A stretch of DNA of 64,000 bases. Origin: Rhynchobatus australiae. Its lineage: Eukaryota. Of the stretch, positions 13,180 through 26,150 are shown in pieces (the stretch's first letter is position 1; each line of letters opens with the position of its first letter). The position numbers were made by a program, and so were the translations under genes. Under the pieces are notes generated by a model, which worked only from the letters and a program-made list of their open reading frames with translations, made no database searches and was not told the DNA's origin. The stretch spans positions 18,280,409 through 18,344,408 of the forward strand of contig JAUZTB010000068.1 of NCBI GenBank assembly GCA_034780895.1, given 5' to 3'.

Positions 13180-13650
13180 ATCTCGGTCTTTTCCTACTTC
13201 CCGTTATCAATTGTTCAGTTTCATCCTTTGAAGGATCTATGCTTACCTTAGCCACTGTTTTCCTTTTCGTATAGGTTTTTGAAGCTCTTACCCTCTTTCT
13301 TTATACCTTTTGCTGGTTTACTCACATTATTTACACCCTCTTTTTTTTAATCCTATGCTGTTTTCTAGCCTGCTACTAATGTCAGCAACATAAAATGTTT
13401 GATATTGTCCTTGGCTTTTTTAGTTGACCACTGATGAAGCATTCTTCTTGTGGAATCTTTATTTTTTATTGAAATATATAGTTGTTGAGAAGTATGAAAT
13501 ATGTCCTCGAATGTTTATCCATGCTCATCTATTGTCTTACCCTTTAATTTATCCCCATAGTCCAGTAGCCAAGTCTGCCTTCGTACTTTTATTATTGCCT
13601 TTATTGAAGCTTAAGGCACTAGTTTCAGACTTCAATTTGTCACTCATATT
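13180..13650 (-). mobile_element. Old CR1 ORF2 internal fragment (endonuclease-RT linker)
   Basis: Decayed K-rich coding pattern on the minus strand (ETSALSFNKGN from 13595-13630); probably upstream part of the 12330-12690 element. Confidence 0.5.
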
Positions 13651-13789
13651 TTATGCAGAGCTAATTCTATGAACTCTCCCTCTCCAGTTGTTGACCAACC
13701 TGCTGAGTATTTACTCCATTTTCAGTTTTTATTTTATTATTTCCTCCACCTATTTCACATTGAGAGCTCCTGCTTTGTGCAAATGTTAT

Positions 13790-16560
13790 ACTTAGACACA
13801 AATAAAGAAGGAAATATAACATTGTGATTTGTGGAGATTCCAGGCTGCAGTATATTCCATTTTCCATGAACGCATGTATAATGTGTCCCTTTTACATCTA
13901 AAAACGTAACCTCGGTGTATGTTTTTCTGCATTAGTATAAAAATTATTCATCCACTTTTATTTCACAAGGGCTGTTATTTTATGACCACAACCATGCTTT
14001 GTCTTTGTGTAATTTTTGAGACATGCAACATTTTTGAACCTCCAACTCTGTCAGCTAACTAAGTCAGAGCGGGTACTATCAGCATTGCTGGGCTACAGCC
14101 CCCTTTACACCGTTGTTGGGTACTCCCTTGTATCACTCGATAGGCTTGCAGGATCTCATCATTGAAGTAGGATTTCCTCATTTCTTTCCAAAAACTGTAC
14201 ACTTTACACATGAAGTAATGAACCTTTAGATAATTACATCTAGAAAGTGGCTCAACTGCTGACTGAATAGTGTAAAGCATCAAGATTACTGGTAGGCTTT
14301 GATTTCTAGTTTTCATTAGCTTATTATTTATGATTAAAAATACATTTATTTAAAAATAGGTGTGAGGATTATGCTTGTCTTCTTGTGAGACCCTGCAAGT
14401 CCTTTGAAAGTACATAGATAATGCTATTGTGGAAGTTGATTTTTAGAAAGAGATCAATGTGTTCCTCATCGGGCTGGTTTTCATTATTACTCATTCTTGG
14501 TCACAATTACTTCTGTTGATTATAAGCAATGTGGGATCCTTCCACATGTCTGGCTGCTATTCATGAGCTTGCTGATTGTAAACTGTCAGAATGTATGACA
14601 CAATCAGTCACTTCTTTAGACCAAGAAGCAGACAGAACACTCAGTCACTTCCCAGTGAAAATCCTGTGGCATCTTCATCCTGCCTACTGGTCTGCCCTCT
14701 ACAGCTCACTTCACGGTTTCAACATGGGATTCCAGATCATGGGTCTCACCAAAAAATTGTTCTTTCCATCTCATAGGATCATGTTTCTGTCACATGACAA
14801 TTGCATTTTTGATCAACTGGAAATATCCAATAATGATTATTCTAGACTAGCATCAGGATAAATTAAAGATTCAGTTGTTACTAATTCACACTATTGCTTT
14901 TTTGAAAAAAATTAATGATTCAATATATTTTAGTCTTGAACTGTGATTGCCTCCCTAAAATTTGCAGGCTTATTTGAGGTATTTGGGGGGGCACAATAAA
15001 AGGTAAGAAATCAGGGTCACTCTGAGTCCACCAAGAAGCAGCAGTGTCTCTCTCAGGAGAAAAATGCATGCTGCCTGTAGATTAGGAGAAACTGATGGAT
15101 GAGGTCTAACGATGATATCTAGGTTATCCAATGCCNNNNNNNNNNNNNNNNNNNNNNNNNNNNNNNNNNNNNNNNNNNNNNNNNNNNNNNNNNNNNNNNN
15201 NNNNNNNNNNNNNNNNNNNNNNNNNNNNNNNNNNNNNNNNNNNNNNNNNNNNNNNNNNNNNNNNNNNNNNNNNNNNNNNNNNNNNNNNNNNNNNNNNNNN
15301 NNNNNNNNNNNNNNNNNNNNNNNNNNNNNNNNNNNNNNNNNNNNNNNNNNNNNNNNNNNNNNNNNNNNNNNNNNNNNNNNNNNNNNNNNNNNNNNNNNNN
15401 NNNNNNNNNNNNNNNNNNNNNNNNNNNNNNNNNNNNNNNNNNNNNNNNNNNNNNNNNNNNNNNNNNNNNNNNNNNNNNNNNNNNNNNNNNNNNNNNNNNN
15501 NNNNNNNNNNNNNNNNNNNNNNNNNNNNNNNNNNNNNNNNNNNNNNNNNNNNNNNNNNNNNNNNNNNNNNNNNNNNNNNNNNNNNNNNNNNNNNNNNNNN
15601 NNNNNNNNNNNNNNNNNNNNNNNNNNNNNNNNNNNNNNNNNNNNNNNNNNNNNNNNNNNNNNNNNNNNNNNNNNNNNNNNNNNNNNNNNNNNNNNNNNNN
15701 NNNNNNNNNNNNNNNNNNNNNNNNNNNNNNNNNNNNNNNNNNNNNNNNNNNNNNNNNNNNNNNNNNNNNNNNNNNNNNNNNNNNNNNNNNNNNNNNNNNN
15801 NNNNNNNNNNNNNNNNNNNNNNNNNNNNNNNNNNNNNNNNNNNNNNNNNNNNNNNNNNNNNNNNNNNNNNNNNNNNNNNNNNNNNNNNNNNNNNNNNNNN
15901 NNNNNNNNNNNNNNNNNGTCTGTGTGTAGAATGTACAGTAAAGAAATGCTGCTCACATTGAGCAGTTGTGTGCATGGTACAATTCTTAAAGTTGTACCAA
16001 TTAATAATACACATGCCAATATGTTATGTTCCCACTTTAATAATGTAAGACAAAAAGAAAACATATCATATATTCAGGATAACTGTCTCCGTGTGCTTCT
16101 CTTTAGCACAGAGTTTGCTGGTTACTTGTCTTGATGGACTGTCCTTCCAAATCTGGTCCTTTGCCTGTTATGAATAGGGGCACTCTCCTCCACGATAAAC
16201 TCACATGATCTGAGGTGTGGTGAGCTTTTCACCACCACTGCTTTCTGTCATATTTGCTATTAATCTGATATGAGCTTCATCCTCTCTCTTTCTCCAACTC
16301 TTAGTGTGAGGTGAACAGGCGTGTCATCTCTTAGCAACTCCAGTTGTCTTTGTGCATCATTTTGCCCTTCTGATTTCCCTGCTATGTGAAGGACATCAGT
16401 GTATTCATCAGCTAGCTGTGGGGCTGAAGTGAATGTTTGCTTTGAAGGAACCTTCATGATCCGGTTACATCAGTCCCATGTGGCATACAGTACTACTCCA
16501 TATGACGTATTTCTGGTTAACTACAATGAAATTGTTATTCTCTTGATTCTTTGGGTTCAA
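13790..16560 (-). mobile_element. Decayed Gypsy LTR-retrotransposon pol remnant spanning a gap
   Basis: Colinear minus-strand motifs: EYTDVL..GKSEG..DDTPVH (16260-16457), IANMTE..VVVK (~16225-16260, RT start), DFHW..LKK*LIVSYILTVY (~14575-14670, connection), HIAY..TKNE..NQPDEE (~14460-14535, RNase H), EPLSR..EMRK..DEILQAYRVIQG (14059-14316), MENGI..SPQ (~13830-13870, integrase). Confidence 0.55.
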
Positions 16561-16619
16561 AGACTATCTCCCAGCTGGGTCCAAGGTGGCTCCCAGGGAA
16601 GTGATCTACCTAGCTCCAT

Positions 16620-16647
16620 CCCCCCCCCCCCCCCCCCCCCCCCCCCC
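16620..16647. repeat. Poly-C tract (28 nt)
   Basis: Directly visible homopolymer. Confidence 0.95.
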
Positions 16648-17974
16648 TTATTTCCCTTTAGTCCTACAACTTATTGCAACATCTCCATCACCTTGTCTGA
16701 ACTTTCCTTGTTCTACTTTTGTGGCATGCTTGATCAAGTGTACTTCCTACTGTTTGCCATTCAATACCTCTAGTCTAGTTTTGGATCACCCCAAAGCTCT
16801 GCATGTCTGTATGCACTCCTTTAGTGTTAATCCTGTCTCATATTATAGTTGTTCCCTCAGGAATTCCACAAGTACTCTGACTTCTAATGAGCAAGTTCTT
16901 CAAATATGTGAAACTACAGTATCAGTCAAGATTTCTTCTTGGACTTAAAAAATTAGACAATATAAGCCCGAAAATGAATGCAAAAACTTATGTTAGCTAG
17001 AAGCTTGAAGAGCTAAGAGCACAAGCAAAGGTCCAGAACTAGAACATCACAGGGTGTGTTTTGGAGACTGGATGATTTGAGTAAAGAATCATGNNNNNNN
17101 NNNNNNNNNNNNNNNNNNNNNNNNNNNNNNNNNNNNNNNNNNNNNNNNNNNNNNNNNNNNNNNNNNNNNNNNNNNNNNNNNNNNNNNNNNNNNGATAAGA
17201 TCTATAAATTTAAGTTGCTGAAGGGTTCTTCTGAAATCCAAATATGAAGTGATGCATGTTTGGCACATGTTGTGTCAGTTGCCAGGGTAGATCAAAATCA
17301 TGTATGGTACTAGATGAACAGGACCCATAATTAGCTATTTCAATCTTTGTATAGTGTACTTACAGCTCATGCCCCCATCATTTGTTGGGCTTCACAGTCC
17401 ATTAAAGCAGGTGACTGAGCTTTGATGCTGAAAGTGAGTCCACACTCCATTTGCCTTATAGAATGCTAGGTCAAGCAAATCTCATCTTCAAAATAAATGC
17501 TGAACCAACTAATTTCTAGGCCACTGAATCATTAGCAAACTTCACAATCCACAATCGCATCATGATGTATTGCATAACTAATATTCTATGCAGCCACAAA
17601 AATGCAAGAGTTTGCAACAAAAACAACACACCCCAAAACTGCCCTGAAACTAATCTCCACCCCAAAAATTGTCCCAAAAACAAAGCCCCACCCATACACC
17701 ACCCTAAAAGCAAAGCCTGACTCCTGCAGATGCTCTGGATATAAAATTCCACCACAGATCTTGCTGGCTGTAAAAGCTGTAGTGATTTATAGCAGGTTTT
17801 AAATGATTCAGGAAGCCAGAGATATTGAAAAACTGTTAAAACTGAAGTATGAAAGAAAGTCAAAGATTATCCAATATTAATCAATAAAAAACAATAAATT
17901 TAACTTAAACACCAAAAATCATACATAATTAGAAATACTAAATTATAACAAAGTAATTTTACAATAGTAAGTTA

Positions 17975-18326
17975 GAGCCATAATCATAGTCAAAGAGCAA
18001 ACAGGCCCTTTGGCCCATCGAATCCATACCAATAACCAAATACCTATTTTCACTAATCCAATACTAATCCAATTTTATTCTCCTCACATTCCCTTCAACT
18101 TCCCCTGGAATCTACCACTCACCTACACACTAGAGGCAATTTACAGTGGCCAATTGAACTACCAACCCGCATGGCTTTAAGATGTGTAAAGAAACCGGAG
18201 CACCCAGAGGAAACCCATGCAATCACAGAGAGAATGTGCAAACTCCACACAGATAGCACTGAAGGTCAGCATCAAACCTCTGTTACCGGAGCTGTGAGCA
18301 CTTTTACTGGTGGCACCACTGTGCCC
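17975..18326 (-). mobile_element. tRNA-derived V-domain SINE with CR1-type tail (HE1-like)
   Basis: V-domain gaaaccggagcacccagaggaaacccatgc; reversed head ends ..ccactgtgcc; reversed CR1 tail aaacaggccctttggccc. Confidence 0.85.
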
Positions 18327-18669
18327 ACCTTATCTTCTCCTTTGTCTTCTAATCCACATCTCACATTCCCATCGAAATCAATGGGGTCTTGGATTCCATG
18401 CCAAATCTGATCTGATGCAGGATGTGAGAGGCAGTGCATTGTAAAAGTTGGGAATCTCAGGAAGACTATACTCCACCACTGGACTTTGTGGGGGAGTCTG
18501 GCAGCAGAGTGAGCTGACAGATTGAGAATCAATCTGTTAGTACCTGTGGGCTTGACAATGCACATGCAGAAGTACAGGACTTACTGCTGTTCATGTGCAC
18601 AACAATGGTGATTCTGGAAACACTGGCATTAGCTATTGAAATCTGCCTCATTATCTCCTCTATCATTCT

Positions 18670-18960
18670 AAACAATACACCAAATGTGGCCTAACTAATG
18701 TGTTGTCCATGGACAGCATCCCCCCAGTGACCCCAACATAAAGCTCAAGCTTCCATTTGTCTTTATGTTATTTTCTACCTGTACTCCCTCTGTTGAAGAT
18801 TTATATATTTGCACCCTGAGATTGACTTACTCTCCATTCTGTTGATATGTATTTTGTTCACTGATCACGTGGTATATTTCCTATCATTCTTTTTACTTAA
18901 AATAGACAGCTTCACCTTTCCCCACGTTTAACTACATCTGGCACCTGTCCATCTCCCGTT
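18670..18960 (-). mobile_element. Very old CR1 fragment
   Basis: acaatacaccaaatgtggcctaactaatg is the reverse of LVRPHLVYC; ttcacctttccccacgttta resembles the reversed FNVGK..HF region. Confidence 0.4.
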
Positions 18961-19099
18961 ACCCTCATTCTTCCTCATTATTTACCACACAGAGTTCACT
19001 TTTAAAAAAAGTGAACAACGATATAGAATAAGTGAACCTATTTATGTTACAGATGGATAGCCCTGCAGCAGAACCGGCTGTTTCTGATATAAACAGGAA

Positions 19100-19370
19100 G
19101 CGCAAGTTCTTTGAAATTGTTGAATATCATATCAATTCTCAAAGACTGCAAATTTCCTAACTGGAAGATGAGGTGCTATTCCTCAAGCTTACGTTGGACT
19201 TCATTAGAACAACATAGGAGACCAAAGGCAGATAGGCCAGAATGAGAGTGGGACAGGGAATCAAAGTGCATGGCATCTAGAAGTTCAGGGTCTTTTTTGT
19301 GGACTGAACAGAGGGGTCCTTCAAAGCAGTCACCCAATCTGTGTTTGCCTTTTCCAAAGCAGAGCAGGGG
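19100..19370 (-). mobile_element. Penelope-like GIY-YIG endonuclease fragment
   Basis: Homologous to 5490-5710 (ggaagatgaggtgctattcctcaagcttacgttgg; caaagcagtcacccaatctgtgtttg). Confidence 0.75.
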
Positions 19371-19439
19371 TGTGTAAAGTTCTCTGGAAGGTAAAGTGTA
19401 ATTAGTTGTTCATGATCCATTCATCACATGCATGATGCC

Positions 19440-21640
19440 TGCATTGATCTTTTAATTCCAAGATTCTTTCCAAAGTAGCTATGAAGAGGCACTAAGGTTG
19501 TGTGAAAGATCTGGCAAAAATCAAACATTGTATTGAAGCATCCTAAGGAAAGGTTAAAGTTTGGAAATGTTGATCAATTCCCTCACATTAAATATGGTGG
19601 CCATCTTTTCCTGCTCTCATCTCAGCCCATCTACATCCACTTGGAGCCCAAGTATATAATCTTGTATTCCAATTGCTTTGATTCAAACAGTGCAACTTCT
19701 TGAGTATTTATTCCAACATCTTCAAGTACCTCTGCTTGGTTCTTGTTACAATCAATATTTCATTCTTATCAGCTAGAAATAAATCCCTGTAACTTAACAG
19801 CGTTACGATGAGAAATATTGTAAAGGCTGATTATACCCATATGGCAACTTTCTACGGGGTTACATCAGCTTTTGTAGCTGTTCCTCCACCTGCCTTATGA
19901 GAATATGCTATAGATCTGTGCCACTTGGTGCACTTGGTTATGGGCTTTGTGCATGTTATGCCTCTGTGTGAATCTTTACAACAATCCACATACTGCATTA
20001 ACAGTTTATTGAGCTCAGTTGTGTTGTACTAAAACTCAAATTGCAGATTCATGTCCTGTTGATTTTGAAGCCCATGTATACAATTTTAATGCTAGTCAAT
20101 GTGCATCATTCTTTGCAACCACCAGTGATGTTATTTCCGCAGAACCATGGACATTACTTAGCCCAAAATTTTCAGACCCATCCCTAGTATGTTTGCCATG
20201 CGATATTTCTACCAGCCAGTAGTAGCTTGCTGCATTTGTACTGGGATATATCAGTTCTATCAAGAAGTGATTGGCAATCATAACAATATTCAATTTTTAG
20301 CTGAGACAATTTTGTATAGTGCTGATCTTAAGAACATTACCAGCTTCTACTCGACTGTGAGTTCTTGCATCAATCATAATCATCTCCTGGGCTGCACGTG
20401 TCATCATAATAGTTGAAGTGCCCTCCCTGGCCATTTGCTTTGATAATGGTTGCAGGCTTTCGCAACCTTCAGGTCCACGTGACTTCTGCTTTCCAGCCAG
20501 CACTACCCTCTGTACTCACATGACCAGATCCCCATGCAGAATATGAAAAAGTCGTCATTGCTTTATCTGTGTCCCACAGTTTTCCCTCAATCTTCTCCAC
20601 CATCTCCATTTCCATAGCAACTCCAGATGCTTTGGACAGTGATTACTAGTGCACGTTAAAGCTTCACCTGAATCCTCTCATTGGTGAGTCTACATGCTGG
20701 TCTATGCCTTGTTGCTCTGTCCAGGACCATTCTAAAACTAAAATATCCCTCTGGGTCTCTCAAGTTCTCCCCCGTCATCTGATCATATGCACAGAATTTC
20801 TGGCTTTGAACTACTTGATAATTTTCTAGGGCAAAATTAATTTTTAATACCTGAACTATCTCTTTAATCAGGCCAACAGTCATGCTGCATGGTGCTAGTA
20901 AGTTAGTTAGTGTTGCATAAGTATTCAAGCCGATCATCATTAAGAGCATGGCTATCTTTTGCTCAGAGATCTTGCATTGTACTCTTCAGCATTTTCAATA
21001 CTTAACTTCTTTAATGTTACTTGCTTAAAAGGATGCATCTATTTACAGAGTACTACAGCACAGAAACACGCCCTTCGGCATAATGTAGTCCATTCCGACC
21101 TGATCTTCTGCCTGATCCCATCTACCTGCACCCGGACCTTCTCTCTTCAAACCCCTCCCATCCCCAGCCACTCCTATCCAAACCTCCCTTAAATGTCACA
21201 ATTGAACCCGCATCTACCACTTCTGCTGGCAGCCTGTTCCACACTTGCACCAACCTCTGAGTGAAGAACTTCCTCCTCAGATTCCCCATATATATTTCAC
21301 CTTTGACTCTAAACTTATGTCCTCTAGTTCTAGTCTCACCCATCCTGAGGGGAAAAGCCTGCATGCATTCACCCTATCTATACCCCTCATAATTTTGTAC
21401 ACCTCTATAAGATCTCCCCTCATTTTCTTTTGCTCCAGGGAATAAAGCCCTAACATATTCAATCTTTCCCTATAACTCAGGTTCTCAAGTCCCGGCAATA
21501 TCCTTATAAATTTTCTCTTTAAAGCTTAAAGCTTCATGAATTGAGGATTCACTCCTCTGTTTGTCATGCTGTCACTCAGTCACAGTTTCACCAGTCACAT
21601 CTATCAACAGAGGCTCTCATATCACCACTGTAGTGTCTTC
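19440..21640 (-). mobile_element. Decayed Gypsy LTR retrotransposon (gag to RT/connection), interrupted by a CR1 insertion
   Basis: gag-like ORF 20656-20949 (MIGLNTYATLTNLLAP..EIVQVLKINF..KF...Q..GENL); pol motifs YLG..DVDGL..EKMATI..FLRMLQY..FLPDLS..LVPLH at ~19480-19660; PBS-like ACA/GTGGTGATATGAG at 21616-21631 on the minus strand. Confidence 0.75.
21045..21518 (-). mobile_element. 5'-truncated CR1 LINE 3' end
   Basis: MPGLENLSYRERLNMLGLYSLEQKKMRGDLIEVYKIMRGIDRV and TRGHKFRV..FFTQRLVQVWNRLP, plus CR1 tail. Confidence 0.92.
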
Positions 21641-23799
21641 AGATTTTTCTTTTTCTGTACAATTAAGTATTACATGACTCACTTACACCAGGAACACCAA
21701 GGGAACCAAATTTGGTTACTGCGGCAACAAAATCCAAAACATAGTCCATAAAATGTTGCTATCATTACCTGAATGACCCAATTTTGTAAGGTAATAGTGA
21801 CCACACCAATTTCATAGCAACATTTACACTTCACTCTAATATACTTGTACAAATTCAGAGATATCTCCAATTCCATTGATCTTACATTGTCCAAAAGTTT
21901 ATCAAGTAAAGTCTTTAATATGTAAAATATCATGCCCCTCTAGAGATAGAGAATTCCAAAAAATCACAGTCTTCTGAGTGAACACAATGATTGCCTTAAG
22001 ATCATGACTATAATGTCTCCCTTGAGGCATTTTTAAAATGTCTTCTAAAAATCCTTTTGTGAATTACCATTTCTATTATCTATAGAGTCTATGATTTATT
22101 CTTTTAAAGCAGATAATCAAATCAGCACAACCTGATCATTATATATTAATTTTAATATTTGTATCTATCTGTACCTTTCATGATGTTCACCAGTTTTATT
22201 CTATCTGTGAACTCCTGAAGTTATAATTGGATTATAGCAAAACTCATCACTTTTGATGAGTTTTGATATAGCAAAACTCATCACACAAAACTATCATGGA
22301 TCACAATCTGAAATGGAACTTAAAAGATTTTGGTGGCCCATAACAGAGGAAGACTGACAGTAATTGATGTTATGTCTTGCTTTTATAATGGTTCCCCATA
22401 ATAAAAATTGTGCCTTTCTCAGCATTGGCACCTTGCCCTTGAAGAGCACAAAGATGACAAAAATATTTCTTGATCAGGGACTGTGTAAAGATTGAAATAA
22501 GCTTATTTAAATCTTCATTGCTGCATTCCCTTCTGCTCAAACATGTAAATTTATTTCTTTTATAAAACTGAAATTCTGGGGGTTTCCACCACTGTTAGTC
22601 AAGTTACAACTTCCTTCAGAGCGGCTCAATCAGGGTAATCTTGAAATTTCAGCAAACATTTGTGAACACATTTTATTTTGATATACAGTATATTACTAGT
22701 TTTCTTTGTCTTTGAATAAGCATGGAATTTGGACCATTTTTGATTAAAAAGGGAGATATAGTTCTGGGAAGGAGTTCAGGTAAAGTCAGTCTCCATTAGA
22801 AAAACTCATGTGTTGGAAGTACAAAACAGAAAGAGGTTAGCATTTGGTGGGTGAATATACAGTTCAGTATTCCTTAGGATTGCATGTTTGGCAATCACAA
22901 GAGTGCTGTCCAATATTTTTACACAGGAACAGGCGTAGGCCATTCGACTCTTATACTCTGCTGACACTTCAGACCTGGCAATTTTAAAGGGGGCCTGCAA
23001 TTGGATGTACCAAAAGTCTGCTTATTTCCCAGTCCATTTTAAGATTTTATCAAGGTTCAATGAGATACATTGGGCTCTGAACGCTATTTTAGGTCAGAAT
23101 TGATTGGAGTGCATAAGACTGGACAAGCTGACTTTGTATCCTCTGGCGTTTAGAAATAATTAACCGTATCAGATCAACATCTGGCTCTCTGATGGATTAC
23201 CCAAGTTAGATTTGATCTATCATCTCAATTCATCATTTCCTCATCAGCTTCTAGAAATGGGGCTATTCAAATACCATAAATAGAATAATGCTTATTAGAT
23301 TATGAGGAATAACACTTAATGTTAAGAAGAAGCCCATCCTGTAAATATGCCTGTGTGCTGACAGCTTCCTACCCTCTGCCAGTATTGGCAGTGGCTATGC
23401 ATAGTGGTGCCTTACACATACAGAGTGTGCTCTAATCAATCAGGCTAGCTCCAATCTAAAACGAATGGACTAATGTGGTAAACGAGCATGAGTTCACCAT
23501 GTTCAGAATCCACATTGGTGCTTATTTTCACCTCACTTCAAGCCATGAATGCATTTGGAAATCTTCCAAGCAGCATCATGAACAACCACATTCACAACCT
23601 TCCTGCTGCACAAAGTCAATGACTCATCCTGAATGTGACTTGTATAGATTTTACAGTCACCACCAGAGTCCTCCCACTCTCTCCCTTCCACTTTTATGCA
23701 GCCTAAGGCTACCTCGAAGGTGTAATATAAAAGCAAATAAGCAAGAAATGAAGCATACTACAGCCAACTAATTAATTCATTAAGGTGCAGATAATGTTG

Positions 23800-23955
23800 T
23801 AACACAGGGAAATGTGGATGCCATTTTGTGCATAGAAAGATCCCACAAAGACCAGTGAGATGAATGACCTGGCAACCTCCCTTGGGGATATTAATTGAGG
23901 GATAAATGTGGCCAAGATCCCAACTCCACTTAAATTCTTGCTTGTGCTATTTAAC
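23800..23955 (-). mobile_element. Deu-domain SINE fragment
   Basis: gccattttgtgcatagaaagatcccacaaag..gagggataaatgtggcca; homologous to 25840-26150, 27690-27790 and 41315-41640. Confidence 0.6.
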
Positions 23956-24639
23956 ACAGATTTTGATTGGATTAATATCCAAATATAAACAGTAGAATTT
24001 AATCCAGATTCAACAAGAACAACTACAACTTTTATTCCAACAGTCCCTTTAACATAGCAAAAATATCACAAAGACCTTCACAGCAAAAACTTCATAAACT
24101 TTCCTCAATATGTAAAAATTCATCTCCTAAGTTGTGAATGCCAAGCAGATTTCAATATGATAGTTAGTGTATGAGTATATATTGACGGTGTAGGTCATGC
24201 TGGCCATCATACTGGGGAGGTCATTAGTATCTGCACCGTGAATTACCACTACAAATATGCAGTCTGTGGCATCGGTCAGTATTCAATGCTAATTTAACAC
24301 CAGCACTACAGTAACAGAGTTCAATATTCTAACAGTCTTAACATCTGTTCAGTAGCTGGAAGGTCACCCCATCAGTCCTATTTATAGGAGTCATCAACTA
24401 CTTGTGCTTTTCATTAACCGTCCTTATTATTCTACAGATATCTGGTGCTTTCCAAATTATTTTAAAGTTGCTAAAGCCTATAGAAAGTGAGTTTTCAGGT
24501 GCTGAACAACATTATCTAAGTTCATGTTTTCAACACAAATATGTTGTTCCTGGACAAAGGTGTATTAGTAGGCATTTCTTTACAACTTCAGCATGAAAAT
24601 AGAAAGGAACAGTGGACAGTACTGGCCGTCTTATTTGTG

Positions 24640-25060
24640 GATTGATTGGAAGCAGTTCAGAAAAGGTTCACCAGACTTGTGCCTGGAATGGGTGGTTTAT
24701 CTTACGAAGAAGAATTGGATAGGTGAGGCTTGTATCCGCTGAAGTTTAGGAGAGTGAGAGATGAATTAATTGAAATATATAAGATGCTGAGAGACAGAAC
24801 TAGTGGCCTCTGTTTAAAATTAAAAGATCACCCAAGAAAGACAGAAATTAGATATTCTTTTTTTCTCTCAGGGGATCATGAGTCTTTGGATTTCTCTTTC
24901 CTGGAAGCAGAGACTTCCATACAGAGTATGATGGATACTTGATAAGCAAGGGGTTGGGTAGAATGTGTTGAGGTTACAGTGAGATCAGCCAAGATCTTAT
25001 TAAATAGTGGGGCAGACTTGGGGGGCTGATTGATTGACTCCTGCTACTAATTCATATGTC
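24640..25060 (+). mobile_element. CR1 LINE 3' end
   Basis: LEAVQKRFTRLVPGMGGLSYEE and LYPLKFRRVRDELIEIYKML; tail gactcctgctactaattcatatgt. Confidence 0.85.
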
Positions 25061-25094
25061 ATACATAGCAGACCAAGCTGGCTGAAATGAGGGA

Positions 25095-25840
25095 AGGAGG
25101 AGAAGAAGGGCTCTCAGTTGGAGCCTGTATCCATAGAAACCTACCTAGCCTCCAGCAAAGAAAAGTCTCTGTGCCATCTTTAAGGAAATCTTCACTGAAA
25201 TACATCACCTTCTGCAGCCATAGCTCTGACCTTACCACAGGGTAAAGGCTACATAGCCATTGGTGCCAAGGGAACTACATTGATGAATTCACATGCATTG
25301 GGATTCTTCCAGGCTAGATTCATAAATATTTGGAACCTCCCTGTAATTGTCAGTCCACTGTTAAGTGAAAAAAGTCACTGAAGCTCGCAGTTCAAAGAGA
25401 GATAGCTTTATTTCACTTCTTCTTGCAAGAATTGCATGTTTCCCCACAGTACAGGGTACCATTGGCTGCATGTATAATGCTTTCAGAAGCCAAATGCCGA
25501 CTTAAGTTGGTCCTCCAAATAAAAGCAACTCCACAACCTCAGTGTTAAGCTGTTGTATAACCAGACACTTGGAATCGTGCAGTTTAGTGGTCACTACACT
25601 GGCAATGGCAGTGGATTACAGATGCTGTCAGCCTAATAGAGGACAACAAATCCNNNNNNNNNNNNNNNNNNNNNNNNNNNNNNNNNNNNNNNNNNNNNNN
25701 NCTCAGTAGTCATGGTTATCCAGGATGCAAGACCACTGTTGTACGTGCTATCTCCAGATACTGGCATTCAGAACCATGATGCTGCACTTGTTTAGTATTG
25801 GCTGCATGAGCCAATCGTGCAGAGAAAGGAAGGAGGGCGT
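25095..25840 (+). mobile_element. Harbinger/PIF (HARBI1-like) transposase pseudogene
   Basis: RRRRRALSWSLYP; KEIFTEIHHLLQP*L*P; MNSHALGFFQA (cf. LNFYASGSFQ); VTEA; ARIACFPTVQGTIGCMY (cf. AGFP.VQGAIDCTH). Stops and frameshifts throughout. Confidence 0.75.
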
Positions 25841-26150
25841 ATAATGTAGGAAATATGGCAGCCAATGTGCAGAGTAAGTTTACTCACCTGCATCCTGATA
25901 ATGACTAGGATACCTCTTTTTGACTAGAGTCAAGAGATAAATATTATCCAGTACAACATGAACAACCCCTTTGCTGTATCACAAATAGTGCACGGGACCT
26001 TTTATACCCAAATGAGTATGCAGCTCAAACCTCCAACAGTGCTACATCACTGCACTGATTGTCAGTTCAGATATTTATGCTCAGATCTCTGGAGTGAGAC
26101 TTGAATCTAGATCCCTCTGACTCAAGGACAACAGTGTCGCCGATTGGCAG
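25840..26150 (-). mobile_element. Deu-domain SINE with tRNA-like head
   Basis: taatgtaggaaatatggcagccaat..aaatagtgcacgggacctttta..ctctggagtgagacttgaatc..ctctgactca (reversed B-box-like head). Confidence 0.65.

Noticed and set aside
14970-16134. Long ORFs of 276-364 aa (likewise 6249-6822 and other X-containing ORFs)
   Set aside because: They are open only because they run through N gaps.
19440-21040. Decayed coding-like DNA considered as an endogenous virus or processed pseudogene
   Set aside because: Motifs fit Gypsy gag-pol.
22254-22283. TGATGAG hairpin as a hammerhead
   Set aside because: No GAAA after the stem; it is a plain inverted repeat.
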